DNA of 64,000 nt from an uncultured bacterium (GCA_903839725.1 CAIMDG010000002.1:135739-199738), one strand, 5' to 3'; counted from the stretch's first letter, positions 52,705 through 62,527 are shown. Numbers and translations: made by a program. Notes: generated by a model not told the origin, from the letters alone.

Positions 52705-53073
52705 TCAAATTTTAGTAATCTTACTATTTTTCTTCATTGTAATTATACTCGCTCCCAATATATTTGATATCTCAACAGTCTCCTTAAGAATCGTTTCTGC
52801 TATGTCTTTTTGAAGCTTTCCTGTATCACGAGCCAATCCTATCCATAATTTAGACTCATTTGCAGACTTTAAACTATACGTGTAGAAATTGATGTAATCT
52901 TTTCTAGAACTTGCACCTTTAGCTTCAACAACATTCGCAACAACCGATGTTCCACTTCTTATCAACTGTCTTGCAATCACCTGACCTGAAATATCTTTAG
53001 AGAACTTATCGACGCATCTCACAATCTCAATGGCATACTTGTATAATCTTGCATCAATTTCCTTCTTCGTCAT
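52705..53073 (-). CDS. Four helix bundle protein (23S rRNA intervening-sequence protein family)
   Basis: RQLIRSGTSVVANVVEA...S.KD...KSANES..W signature. Confidence 0.9.
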   Translation of the reverse strand: MTKKEIDARLYKYAIEIVRCVDKFSKDISGQVIARQLIRSGTSVVANVVEAKGASSRKDYINFYTYSLKSANESKLWIGLARDTGKLQKDIAETILKETVEISNILGASIITMKKNSKITKI

Positions 53074-53109
53074 TTTTGAGATTTGAGATTTAATCTTTCA
53101 GATTGAAAC

Positions 53110-53580
53110 TTACCAAGCAAAGTGAGCAAAAGCCTTGTTTGCTTCCGCCATCTTGTGAACGTTTTCACGCTTCTTAACTGCTTCTCCTTCATTCTTTGAT
53201 GCTGCGATGATTTCGTCAGCGAGTTTGAGGTGTATAGGCTTTCCCTTCTTTCCACGAGCCGCTTCAACGATCCACTTCATAGAAAGTGAATTCTTGCGTT
53301 CTGGGCGAACTTCACGAGGAACTTGGTAGTTTGCTCCACCGACACGGCGTGAACGAACTTCCATAGCTGGTGCAGTATTCTTGAGAGCCGCCTCGAAAAC
53401 TTCGAGAGGATTCTCATTTTTTGTCTGTTCTTTAATCGCAATCATACAATCAGCAACAATCTGGCGAGCAATGTTCTTCTTGCCTGACTCCATAATATAG
53501 TTAGTAAGCTTGGCGAGTTTCAATGACTGATATGTCACATCTGGCTTGAGCTCACGCTTGAGGTTTAATTTTCTTCGCAT
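53110..53580 (-). CDS. rpsG: 30S ribosomal protein S7
   Basis: RRVGGANYQVP...HKMAEANKAFAH. Confidence 0.98.
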   Translation of the reverse strand: MRRKLNLKRELKPDVTYQSLKLAKLTNYIMESGKKNIARQIVADCMIAIKEQTKNENPLEVFEAALKNTAPAMEVRSRRVGGANYQVPREVRPERKNSLSMKWIVEAARGKKGKPIHLKLADEIIAASKNEGEAVKKRENVHKMAEANKAFAHFAW

Positions 53581-53591
53581 AGTAGTAGGGG

Positions 53592-54008
53592 TTATTTAGC
53601 TGCTTTTGGCTTCTTGTTACCATATTGACTGCGACCTTTTCTGCGCTTATCTACGCCAGCTGCATCGAGCACACCGCGAACAACTGAGTAACGGAGACCA
53701 ACGTCTTTGACGCGACCGCCACGAAGGAGGACCACTGAGTGTTCCTGGAGGTTGTGACCTTCACCTGGAATATATGCAGTAACTTCAAGACCATTTGTAA
53801 GACGAACACGAGCAATCTTGCGGATAGCTGAGTTAGGCTTCTTTGGAGTCTTTGTTGTAACTTTCACGCACACGCCGCGCTTGAATGGAGCCGGGAAGAA
53901 AACTGGTCGGTTCTTGACCGAGTTGAAGGTGCGGGTGAGCGCAATAGACTTCGACTTGCGGGTGAAGCGAGCACGATTCTTCTTGATTAACTGGTTGATT
54001 GTAGGCAT
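53592..54008 (-). CDS. rpsL: 30S ribosomal protein S12
   Basis: MPTINQL...[10 protein letters not shown]...GHNLQEHS. Confidence 0.99.
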   Translation of the reverse strand: MPTINQLIKKNRARFTRKSKSIALTRTFNSVKNRPVFFPAPFKRGVCVKVTTKTPKKPNSAIRKIARVRLTNGLEVTAYIPGEGHNLQEHSVVLLRGGRVKDVGLRYSVVRGVLDAAGVDKRRKGRSQYGNKKPKAAK

Positions 54009-54261
54009 GAATAAAATTAGTTTACAGTAAAAAATGAAAAGTGATTAGTTGGACGCACAGCAGCGCGCATACAACTTTGCACTTTACACTTCTAACTTTT
54101 AACTGTTATGTGGCAGTCCTGAATTATTCACCGCTTTGGGTTTGAGATATACCCTGACGATTACTCATTCTTGCCGTAATAATGTACTGGTCCAAAGTTT
54201 CCTTTAGATAGTGGAGATACCATATCATATAGATAGAGGATGTACAAGATATGAGAGTACG

Positions 54262-54375
54262 ACAGGAGGAGGGGCATTACTCATTTTCCGCACAAGTTTA
54301 GAGACACTTACATTACACAGCGTACCGCAGTGTTTACAAACTTGTGCGGAAAATGAGTAATGTCCCTCCTCCTGT
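54262..54375. repeat. Family B long hairpin, copy 2 (38-bp IR, 1 G.T)
   Basis: Arms 54262-54299 / 54338-54375; homologous to 25038-25160. Confidence 0.88.
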
Positions 54376-54401
54376 TGTGCGTATTGATTTAAATCAAGCC
54401 T

Positions 54402-55004
54402 CTAAAAACCAGTAAAAATCCTTAAAATAAATGGTATTACTGGGTATACAAATTGCCATACGATCAAAAGAGCGATCATGACAAAGAATGGAGAATACGC
54501 TTCGAGCGTCATGCGAACTCTTCCATATTGTTGTGGTAATACTGAAAAAAGAAGTTTTGAACCATCGAGAGGTGGTAAAGGAATCAAATTGAATACTGCA
54601 AGAGTAATATTGATAATCACAATATACATTGATATGTATATAAACGGTGTCATAGAACCATCAAAAGTAAAACGAATAATCGTGCCGAAAATAAAAGCGA
54701 TAATGATATTTGAAGCAGGGCCGGCAAGAGCAATCAGGAATTCTCCCCAACGTTTATTCTTGAGATTGTACGGATTGTAGATGACGGGCTTTGCCCAACC
54801 AAAAGAAAAACTAGTGAGTAGATATGTCATGATTGGTACGACGATAGAACCAACTGGATCAATGTGTTTGAGCGGATTCAAGGTCAATCTCCCCTGTAAA
54901 CGAGCGGTTGGATCACCAAGTACATCAGCCATATAGCCATGAGATACCTCATGGACAATAACTGAAAATATAAGAATGACTATAGAAAGTATCGTAATCA
55001 ACAT
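54402..55004 (-). CDS. Site-2 protease family (M50) protein
   Basis: HEVSH, AGPASN, FNLIPLPPLDG. Confidence 0.93.
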   Translation of the reverse strand: MLITILSIVILIFSVIVHEVSHGYMADVLGDPTARLQGRLTLNPLKHIDPVGSIVVPIMTYLLTSFSFGWAKPVIYNPYNLKNKRWGEFLIALAGPASNIIIAFIFGTIIRFTFDGSMTPFIYISMYIVIINITLAVFNLIPLPPLDGSKLLFSVLPQQYGRVRMTLEAYSPFFVMIALLIVWQFVYPVIPFILRIFTGF

Positions 55005-55080
55005 AATAGTGTGTACGTGTAGTCTATCAGAAACTTGCCAAATAGATAACTTGTGATAGTATAGTTCCTACACAACTTTT

Positions 55081-55326
55081 ATGGCACGAATCTGCGCAAT
55101 AACTAAAAAAGGATCAGTCGTCGGAGGACGATATTCGAACCGCACACGTGCGACTCAGTTCAATCCGTGCGGCAAAGTTCGCCGTCACCCAAATCTTCAG
55201 AAAAAGAAGATCTATGTTCCTGAACTCAAAAAGTCAGTGTCAGTTACTATTTCTGCACGTGGTCTTCGTACTCTCCAGAAGAATGGAGCGTATGTCACAT
55301 TGAAGAAAGCTGGTTTGATTGCATAA
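55081..55326 (+). CDS. rpmB: 50S ribosomal protein L28
   Basis: MARICAITKK...RRHPNLQ...ISARGLRTL. Confidence 0.9.
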   Translation: MARICAITKKGSVVGGRYSNRTRATQFNPCGKVRRHPNLQKKKIYVPELKKSVSVTISARGLRTLQKNGAYVTLKKAGLIA

Positions 55327-55397
55327 ATACACCCAACAATCTCTTACACGAATGAGCCATTGGCTCTTTTTTGTTATACGAGAATGAGTTACCACTT

Positions 55398-56351
55398 TTA
55401 TTGAATAGAAATAGTTTTTCCATCAGAAATTATTTTAACAGTCCCCTTTTCTTGAATATTGAATCTATTTTCAATAAGTATAGTTGCCAGAGGATCTTCC
55501 AACTTTTTTGTTGTAGCAGTTACCGCAGTCTTGTGTGTCTGATTCCCTCTCTGTGGCAGAATTTTTTTGTTTGAACTGGAAGAATCTGATTTTGATACAG
55601 CTTTTGAAAAAACAAAGTACTGTGGTCGCACAGCATCAATACATTGAGCAGACATATTAGACGTGGAACCGTTATTCGAAACAACGAGTACATCTGAATG
55701 GTTCAATGCCCCCTTAGTGACAAGGTATTTTTGAATCTTTGTTGATACACCACCTACTAACGATATTGTCGTGGATCCAAAAGATATATTCATTACCAAT
55801 TCTGGAGCACTTGCTTTGGAATATTGAAAATCAGTCGTTTGCGCAGGAAATATTACATTTCCACTCACGTGAGCATCAAAATCAATATGGTCGCCGGCAC
55901 CAACTTCTTGAATATCAACTTTCAAGTCATTCAGAGTTTCGATAAAAGTTTCATAGATATGATCTGTTGAACTTGCAATACCCTCACCGTCTAGTGTAAT
56001 TCGAGGAATATATGCGCGGCCAATGCGATACCGTTTGAGAACATCAATAAGACCTGAGACGTCTTTGCCTTCAGTATGAGTAGCAATCAGTGCATCTATG
56101 CGGCGTGAATAAAAAGGCAAAATCTTGGTCAACTCAGTAACAACTTCAGAATTTGCTCCACCATCAATCAGTATCCGTATATCTTCTGGTGTACGTATAA
56201 ATAAAGATCGTCCACTTTTCAAAGCGAATATGTACACTTCAAGAATATGTGGGCGATGATTCTCTTTCCATGCATATGCACCTACACCAGAAAGAGCGAG
56301 TGTTGCCGCAGCTCCAATAATGAAAGGTTTCGCTAATATGTATTTGTTCAT
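55398..56351 (-). CDS. ComEC C-terminal MBL-fold-like protein with degenerate metal motif
   Basis: GRSLFI...ILIDGG...LPFYSRRID...THTEGKDVSG; start ATG 56351. Confidence 0.75.
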   Translation of the reverse strand: MNKYILAKPFIIGAAATLALSGVGAYAWKENHRPHILEVYIFALKSGRSLFIRTPEDIRILIDGGANSEVVTELTKILPFYSRRIDALIATHTEGKDVSGLIDVLKRYRIGRAYIPRITLDGEGIASSTDHIYETFIETLNDLKVDIQEVGAGDHIDFDAHVSGNVIFPAQTTDFQYSKASAPELVMNISFGSTTISLVGGVSTKIQKYLVTKGALNHSDVLVVSNNGSTSNMSAQCIDAVRPQYFVFSKAVSKSDSSSSNKKILPQRGNQTHKTAVTATTKKLEDPLATILIENRFNIQEKGTVKIISDGKTISIQ

Positions 56352-56374
56352 ATACAGAAGCGTACATGAGTGAA

Positions 56375-56419
56375 ATGAAGATTCTGTGAAAAAGGAATCA
56401 ATTCCTGATGAAGATTTTA
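56375..56419. promoter_or_regulatory. 45-bp box with 11-bp-phased ATGAAG-like repeats, copy 1
   Basis: 35/45 identical to 58744-58788; same offset from start codon. Confidence 0.6.
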
Positions 56420-56425
56420 TAAGTG

Positions 56426-56554
56426 AAGACCGGCACACAACACTAGTCCAATGAAACATCCGTTATGTTCTAATGTAAGTGCCTGAAGTACACTATTGAA
56501 AAAAGATATCCCGCTGGGAATTGTTTCATCGGACTAGTGTGATATGCCGGTCTT
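56426..56554 (+). repeat. Family A element, copy 3 (33-bp IR, 4 mismatches)
   Basis: Arms 56426-56458 / 56522-56554; core CGTTATG-N13-GCCTGAAG-N16-GATATCCCGCTGGG. Confidence 0.9.
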
Positions 56555-56629
56555 ACAAATACTTACAACCCCAACAAAATTCAACGAAATATCATATAAT
56601 GAACAGACCTTATAAACTAACAAACTACT

Positions 56630-57229
56630 ATGAAATCATTCACTGCAAAAACATTCACCATTCCCGCACTCAAAGGTATTTCAGCAAAAACTATCGAAGA
56701 GCACCTCAAGCTATATAACGGCTATGTAAATAACGCGAACGCCATTGTTGAAAAGATGCATGAATATAAAAAAGATCGCGAAACACATGCATACGCGCTC
56801 AGTGAATTACGTCGCCGTCTCAGTTTTGAATACAATGGCATACGCAACCATGAAGTGTATTTTTCTGCACTTGAAGGTGGACCAAAAGCATTCAACTACG
56901 ATGGCTCACTCAAAAAAGCTATTGAAGAAGATTGTGGACCAATCGAAGAATTCCTCATGGGGTTCAAAGCGATGGCAGCAAGCACACGTGGTATCGGCTG
57001 GGCTGCTCTCTGGTATGACCCACGAGACAATCGCCTTCTTGCATCATGGATCGATGAACAGCATATTGGTGAACTTAATGGATGCACGATGATTCTCGGA
57101 ATCGATATGTGGGAACACTCATATGTTGCTGACTATCAACCTTCAGGCAAGAAACAATACGTTGAAGATTTCTTCGCAAACCTCAACTGGGAGGTTATAG
57201 AAAATAATTTCGCACAAGCTTCAAAATAA
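56630..57229 (+). CDS. Fe/Mn superoxide dismutase family protein
   Basis: EEHLKLY.GYV, NHEVYF, GIGW, DMWEHSY. Confidence 0.9.
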   Translation: MKSFTAKTFTIPALKGISAKTIEEHLKLYNGYVNNANAIVEKMHEYKKDRETHAYALSELRRRLSFEYNGIRNHEVYFSALEGGPKAFNYDGSLKKAIEEDCGPIEEFLMGFKAMAASTRGIGWAALWYDPRDNRLLASWIDEQHIGELNGCTMILGIDMWEHSYVADYQPSGKKQYVEDFFANLNWEVIENNFAQASK

Positions 57230-57269
57230 CGTGTGCTTCTAGTACGAAATAATAAAAAAGAGTAGGTAC

Positions 57270-58721
57270 CTACTCTTTTTTGTATCGCTTGATACACACG
57301 TATACAACTGTAAATAACACATAAAAACAAACAACCCACCATCCAGAAAATGCGGGTACGTGTGCAGATGCAAAAGGTACTCGAGCAAAATTTCTGACCA
57401 TCAATAATTCATATGAAAGTAATAGGTGTGAAACCCATCCAAACAAATGTGCTAATGGCATCCAAATGAAACCACTCGCTCCGGTTAGAAAAACGAATAG
57501 CATTGTCACGGGAATAAAAGGAAGCACGAGAATATTCACGACCATTCCAATAATAGAAATTTGCCCCATCATATAAAGAATGTATGGTGAAACAAATATT
57601 TGTGTGGCAATGGTAGAGGCAACGATACCGCGCATACCAAACTTTTCTGGAATAAATCCAAGCTTACCTTCAATAGGAGATGCCAGAAGAATAAGCCCGA
57701 GTGTTGCTAAAAATGAAAGTTGGAATGAAGGGTCGTGCAATAAGATCATCGGGTTTTGTATGAGCATGAGAAGAGCTGCAAAGATGAGTGCACGCGAAAC
57801 ATTGTATTCACGACGAATCAAATCAGCGGATAATGCAACACTCGCCATGAAGCACGAACGAACAACGGTTGCTCCACCACCAACGAGTACACCAAATAAG
57901 GCAATGCCAATACCTCCTACACTGATACCCCACACCCGTGGCAAGAATGAAAGAATACGCCGAAGAGCATCGCCAACCACCGTAATATTATATCCAGATA
58001 AAACCACAATATGGATCAAACCAACTGTACGAAAATCATCAAGTAAATCTTTTCCCAGTGCCGCTTTTTCACCAACAACCAAACCTGATGCAAGTGCAGC
58101 ATGCGGTTCCCCGAGAGCTTGTTCGAGATTTGATACAAACCCCTTTTTGAGGGTAAACAGCACCGATGAGACAGTATCAGAAATACCTTGAATAGAAAAC
58201 ACCGTGAAAGCTCTCTGTGAAGAGCTTTCACGGCTGTCTTTATATACAACTGTATCAATTTCTACCTCAGCACTCTTCATTTCATAAAACACACCATCCT
58301 TCGCAAGATACCCTTTATAATCAAATGAACGCCCTCCTCCACTCGAGAAATTAAATGGTTTGTTTATTTTTCCCACAAATGAAACGTGTTCTCCAAATGA
58401 AAATTGTGGATACAATTTTGTTTTTACACGAATCGATACATTACCTCCACATGCGACCATATTGTTTTGCTCAGCAAGCATAGAACTGCGCGCAGATGGT
58501 TTTGTTGATGAACTATTCACTATAAATATGCTCTCAGCATCAACCACAAATACCTGACCAGAATCTTTGCGCTCTGGTTCACCAGTAACAATTCCAAAAC
58601 CTTGTACTTCATGCTTCAAACACGCGGAAATAGGAGGTGCGTTATATTGCAACGAAGTGAATACACGAAATAATGCAGCACCAATAAACAAAGACCAAAA
58701 TATATAGACTCCTTTACTCAT
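57270..58721 (-). CDS. comEC: ComEC/Rec2 competence membrane protein (no MBL domain)
   Basis: GLIHIVVLSGYN, SFQLSFLAT, NILVLP. Confidence 0.92.
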   Translation of the reverse strand: MSKGVYIFWSLFIGAALFRVFTSLQYNAPPISACLKHEVQGFGIVTGEPERKDSGQVFVVDAESIFIVNSSSTKPSARSSMLAEQNNMVACGGNVSIRVKTKLYPQFSFGEHVSFVGKINKPFNFSSGGGRSFDYKGYLAKDGVFYEMKSAEVEIDTVVYKDSRESSSQRAFTVFSIQGISDTVSSVLFTLKKGFVSNLEQALGEPHAALASGLVVGEKAALGKDLLDDFRTVGLIHIVVLSGYNITVVGDALRRILSFLPRVWGISVGGIGIALFGVLVGGGATVVRSCFMASVALSADLIRREYNVSRALIFAALLMLIQNPMILLHDPSFQLSFLATLGLILLASPIEGKLGFIPEKFGMRGIVASTIATQIFVSPYILYMMGQISIIGMVVNILVLPFIPVTMLFVFLTGASGFIWMPLAHLFGWVSHLLLSYELLMVRNFARVPFASAHVPAFSGWWVVCFYVLFTVVYVCIKRYKKE

Positions 58722-58743
58722 AGGAGCAGTTTAATACTGTGCG

Positions 58744-58788
58744 ATGAAGATTCTATGAAATTTGAATCAAAATAGAATGAAGATTTTA
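58744..58788. promoter_or_regulatory. 45-bp box with 11-bp-phased ATGAAG-like repeats, copy 2
   Basis: Homologous to 56375-56419. Confidence 0.6.
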
Positions 58789-58795
58789 GATGCGC

Positions 58796-58930
58796 CCCAA
58801 GCAGCCGCACACATAGTATCCTGCCAAAACATCCGTAACGTTCTAATATAAGGGCCTAAAGTACAATATTAAAAGACGATATCCCGCTGGGAATTGTTTC
58901 GTCAGGATACTATGTGTGCGGCTGCTTGGG
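58796..58930 (+). repeat. Family A element, copy 4 (36-bp IR, 2 mismatches)
   Basis: Arms 58796-58831 / 58895-58930; core 62/63 identical to copy 6. Confidence 0.92.
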
Positions 58931-58937
58931 TAACCAA

Positions 58938-59648
58938 TTATAGAAGTTGTTCAAACTCTTCAATCACTTTTTGTTCATCTACGATATCGAGAGATTTCTT
59001 GTATCGAGCACCCTTTACACCTTTGACGCGCTTCTCACATTCAGCCCAACTATGATCAACGTGAATAGCACCACCAACAGAACTGATATATGAAAATGCT
59101 TTTGCGTTTGAACGAGATGAACTCGACTTTTTTGTTTTCATGGCAACACTATCGTGTGAAACATCGAGAATATTCGGAAGATCATAGCGAGACAATGGAC
59201 CAGAATAAAGTTTCGTCGCACCATTATCGGCGAAATCCGTAGCAATGTGATCACAACGCTCATTTCCAATAATACCAACGTGTCCACCAACATATTCCCA
59301 TTTCACAGAACGATCTTTGACTGCAGCATCTAGTTTCATCCAAAGATCTTTATTGACCACATCATCTTTTGTTTTTGTGATCCAACCATTATTTTTCCAA
59401 CCTTTGATCCATAAAGTAATTCCATTGATCAGATACTTTGAGTCTGTAAACACAGTAATACCTGAATGTTTTGGTGTATGCAAAATTCCCTCAGTAGCCG
59501 CCATAAGTTCCATTCTATTGTTTGTTGTGTGCTTCTCTGCACTACCAAGTTCGGTCACCGTATCGCTCGTAACGACGACACTACCCCAACCACCTGGACC
59601 AGGATTTCCACGAGACGAACCATCAGTAAAAATTGTTATTGAATTCAT
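58938..59648 (-). CDS. rnhA: Ribonuclease HI with C-terminal hybrid-binding (Cauli_VI-like) domain
   Basis: FTDGSSRGNPGPGG, TNNRMEL, TDSKY, GH.G..GNE..D; C-terminal SWAECEKRVKG..ARYK. Confidence 0.92.
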   Translation of the reverse strand: MNSITIFTDGSSRGNPGPGGWGSVVVTSDTVTELGSAEKHTTNNRMELMAATEGILHTPKHSGITVFTDSKYLINGITLWIKGWKNNGWITKTKDDVVNKDLWMKLDAAVKDRSVKWEYVGGHVGIIGNERCDHIATDFADNGATKLYSGPLSRYDLPNILDVSHDSVAMKTKKSSSSRSNAKAFSYISSVGGAIHVDHSWAECEKRVKGVKGARYKKSLDIVDEQKVIEEFEQLL

Positions 59649-59655
59649 AGGATGA

Positions 59656-61413
59656 TTATACCACTTCAATTACTCTCAGCCTCAATTCTGGTCTTCCTCG
59701 AAACATAGACTTTTCAACTGAAGCAATTAAATTTATTTTTGTATTCGCTTTGAGATTCTTGGCCCATTCAGTAGGAGCGGCAAAAAATGCAATTGCAGGA
59801 ATCTTTGCTCCACTTTTTTTCTTAAATATAATCTCCACGTGATTATTTGTTTTACCAAATATACGTACCGAATCAGCGACAATATTCTTGAACAAAAATA
59901 CTGGTCGAGGATTGCCGACACCAAATGGGGCTAGTTTCGAAATATCATCAAACAAACTCCACATCACGTCCTCAATTGATAATTCTTTATCAATAATAAT
60001 CTGACCGATTTCTTCAGCTTCTTTAACATTTTCTGCATTTGTTTGATTTAAGATTTGAGATTTTATATTTGAGATTTTCTTCGCACTTTCATTCAGGCGA
60101 CTATCTAGAAAGTGAATAGCATCATTCCCAACAGCAAACCCTCCTGAATGATGATGTCCTCCAAATTGTAAGAATGTTCCTTCAAGAGCTCCTTTCATAA
60201 TCTCAACAACATTCGAAGTACCTTCAGAACGACATGATCCTTTGATCACATCTCCACCATCTCGTCCCCAAAGGAATACCGGACGCTTAAATTCTTCAGC
60301 ACATGAATTTGCAGCGAGACCAAGGAGGGATGGTCGCCATTCGGGATTACCGAGGACGATCGCGTGAGGGATGACGTCACCGTGACGTTCATGCACTTTC
60401 TTTTTCACATCTTTAACAAGAGCAGCAACCATACCTTTTCGCTCATTATTTATTTCATCGAGATGGTCAGCAAAAAACTTCGCATCTTCTTCTGTTTGTG
60501 CAGAGAGCAGCTTGAACGCATCCATAGGAACCCCCATACGAGATGCGGCATTGATGCGTGGAGAAATCATAAAACCAATATCATCTTCGGTAATATATTT
60601 CTGTGGAATCTTTAATTTTGCCAGTAATCGCACCAAACCAAGACGCTGACTTTTTCGTAATACATTCAAGCCGTATTGTGCGAGCACTCTATTCTCGCCA
60701 ATGAGAGGTACCATATCTGAGAGTGTTGCCATGCCAACGAGATCAAGGAGCCATTTCTCCATCCCCTCTTTGAGACCGAAGCGTTCGATCTTCAGAATTG
60801 CTTGAATGAGTTTGAAAGCTACACCAGATCCGCAGAGAAATTTGTCTGGGTACATACAATCAACCTGTTTATGATCAACAATCGCATATGCAGGAGGTAC
60901 GTGTGCAGGAGCTTCATGGTGATCAGTTATGATAACTTCAAGGCCTTTTGAGTTGGCGTGCGCGACGGGTACTACATCTGAAATACCACAATCAACCGTT
61001 ACTATCAGTTTCACACCTTGTGAAACGAGTTCATTAACCGCTTCAACATTCAAACCAAAGCCTTCATCGTGGCGGTGTGGAATGTAAATAATAAAGTTCT
61101 TGAATGAAATGCGGACAAAAAAATCATTCCATATTACAGCACCAGGAATACCATCAGCGTCATAGTCTGCATATATAGCAATCTTCTCATCACTCTTGAT
61201 TGCTTGAATGATACGGCGTGCGGCCTTCTCTGCATCTTTTAATAGAAATGGATCATGTATGTCTCGATCATAGCTCGGGGTCAAAAATGTGTCAGCGGAA
61301 ACAGCATCAGTTATTCCGCGATGAAATAATAAATGTGAAACAAGGTCAGAACTGAGACCGAGTGCATTTTTTTCTTCAACAGATAATGGTTTTCGTACTG
61401 AATATGCAGGCAT
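59656..61413 (-). CDS. recJ: ssDNA exonuclease RecJ
   Basis: DYDADG, TVDCG, TDHH, PRINAASR, GGH, LAPFG.GN; start ATG 61413. Confidence 0.95.
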   Translation of the reverse strand: MPAYSVRKPLSVEEKNALGLSSDLVSHLLFHRGITDAVSADTFLTPSYDRDIHDPFLLKDAEKAARRIIQAIKSDEKIAIYADYDADGIPGAVIWNDFFVRISFKNFIIYIPHRHDEGFGLNVEAVNELVSQGVKLIVTVDCGISDVVPVAHANSKGLEVIITDHHEAPAHVPPAYAIVDHKQVDCMYPDKFLCGSGVAFKLIQAILKIERFGLKEGMEKWLLDLVGMATLSDMVPLIGENRVLAQYGLNVLRKSQRLGLVRLLAKLKIPQKYITEDDIGFMISPRINAASRMGVPMDAFKLLSAQTEEDAKFFADHLDEINNERKGMVAALVKDVKKKVHERHGDVIPHAIVLGNPEWRPSLLGLAANSCAEEFKRPVFLWGRDGGDVIKGSCRSEGTSNVVEIMKGALEGTFLQFGGHHHSGGFAVGNDAIHFLDSRLNESAKKISNIKSQILNQTNAENVKEAEEIGQIIIDKELSIEDVMWSLFDDISKLAPFGVGNPRPVFLFKNIVADSVRIFGKTNNHVEIIFKKKSGAKIPAIAFFAAPTEWAKNLKANTKINLIASVEKSMFRGRPELRLRVIEVV

Positions 61414-61435
61414 CGTTGAAGTATACCAGATGAAA

Positions 61436-61560
61436 AAGAAGTTCCCACAACAAGCCTGACGAAACAATTCCCAGCGGGATATCGTCTCATTACTTAATAC
61501 TTCAGGCACTAATAAGAGGACGTCACAGATGTTTCGTCAGGCTTGTTGTGGGAACTTCTT
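61436..61560 (-). repeat. Family A element, copy 5 (31-bp perfect IR; core reversed)
   Basis: Arms 61436-61466 / 61530-61560; minus-strand core TGTGACG-N13-GCCTGAAG-N16-GATATCCCGCTGGG. Confidence 0.92.
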
Positions 61561-61631
61561 GAAGATTACTAGATTTGACACAATCTATTTACAATGGTAT
61601 TTTCAAATAAACACTTTTACAAAGGATTTAT

Positions 61632-62066
61632 ATGGATATACATAGACGACTTAGACTATTGGAGCACAAAGTTCGCTTTCTCGAATCATTGATGCTACCA
61701 AGAACAAACATCAAACGCACAATCACCCGCAACAGTCCCGAGCCTTTCGAAATCATACTCAATATCGTTTCAAGAATATGTGACGTCGAAAGGAAACGTA
61801 TTCTGAAGAAAGGTCGCGGCAAACAAGATGCATCATGGGCACGACAGTTGATTATGTATTTTTGCATGGAATATAAACTTGGTTCGAGCAATTATATCGC
61901 CGAATGCCTCAATCGAGATGATCACACAACTGTTTTGCATGGCAATAAACAAGTTAAGGCTATTGCGTCGCTACCCGGCAAAGACAAAGATCAATTCGAA
62001 GCATGCAAACTGGAAATTGATACGGCCTTCAACCAAAGAGCTGGCATGCTGGTTGTCGCATCGTAA
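61632..62066 (+). CDS. Stand-alone DnaA domain IV-like helix-turn-helix protein
   Basis: ARQLIMYF...IAE..NRDDHTTVLH matches the DnaA C-terminal RDHTTV signature. Confidence 0.75.
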   Translation: MDIHRRLRLLEHKVRFLESLMLPRTNIKRTITRNSPEPFEIILNIVSRICDVERKRILKKGRGKQDASWARQLIMYFCMEYKLGSSNYIAECLNRDDHTTVLHGNKQVKAIASLPGKDKDQFEACKLEIDTAFNQRAGMLVVAS

Positions 62067-62143
62067 TGGCAACACTCTCGGCCCGACACGCATGTGTCGG
62101 GCCTTTAACTTACACACAACAATATATTTGATATACTATTCTT

Positions 62144-62503
62144 ATGAATACCTGCATCTTCTGTAAAATAGTTTCCAAAGAAATTCCCGCGCATGTTGTG
62201 TATGAAGATACTGACTTCTTGGCCTTTCTCGATATACACCCTCAGTCCCCTGGTCATGTTCAGGTTATACCCAAGAAACATTACCGCTGGGTATGGGATG
62301 TACCGCAAACCGGTGCATACTTTGAAGTGGTTACCAGAATAGCCCAGGCTCAACGAAAAGCATTCGACACTGATTGGATTCTCAGCAAGACTGTTGGTGA
62401 TGAAGTAGAGCATGCTCACATATGGGTATTTCCAAATTCAAAAGTGAGCGGAGATCGCAATGACTTTGAAACAAATACAAAGAAAATAATTGATAATCTA
62501 TAG
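62144..62503 (+). CDS. HIT family hydrolase
   Basis: CIFCKI...AFLDI.P...GH...HAHIW. Confidence 0.92.
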   Translation: MNTCIFCKIVSKEIPAHVVYEDTDFLAFLDIHPQSPGHVQVIPKKHYRWVWDVPQTGAYFEVVTRIAQAQRKAFDTDWILSKTVGDEVEHAHIWVFPNSKVSGDRNDFETNTKKIIDNL

Positions 62504-62527
62504 AAAAAGAGGCTTAAAGCCTCTTTT

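Noticed and set aside
56352-61509. N-terminal extensions of the ComEC-MBL and recJ ORFs in the track
   Set aside because: They run through family A elements; downstream ATGs give sensible proteins
56426-61560. Family A elements as intrinsic terminators
   Set aside because: Loops of ~63 nt, no consistent U-tract, and copies 3 and 5 lie between divergent genes
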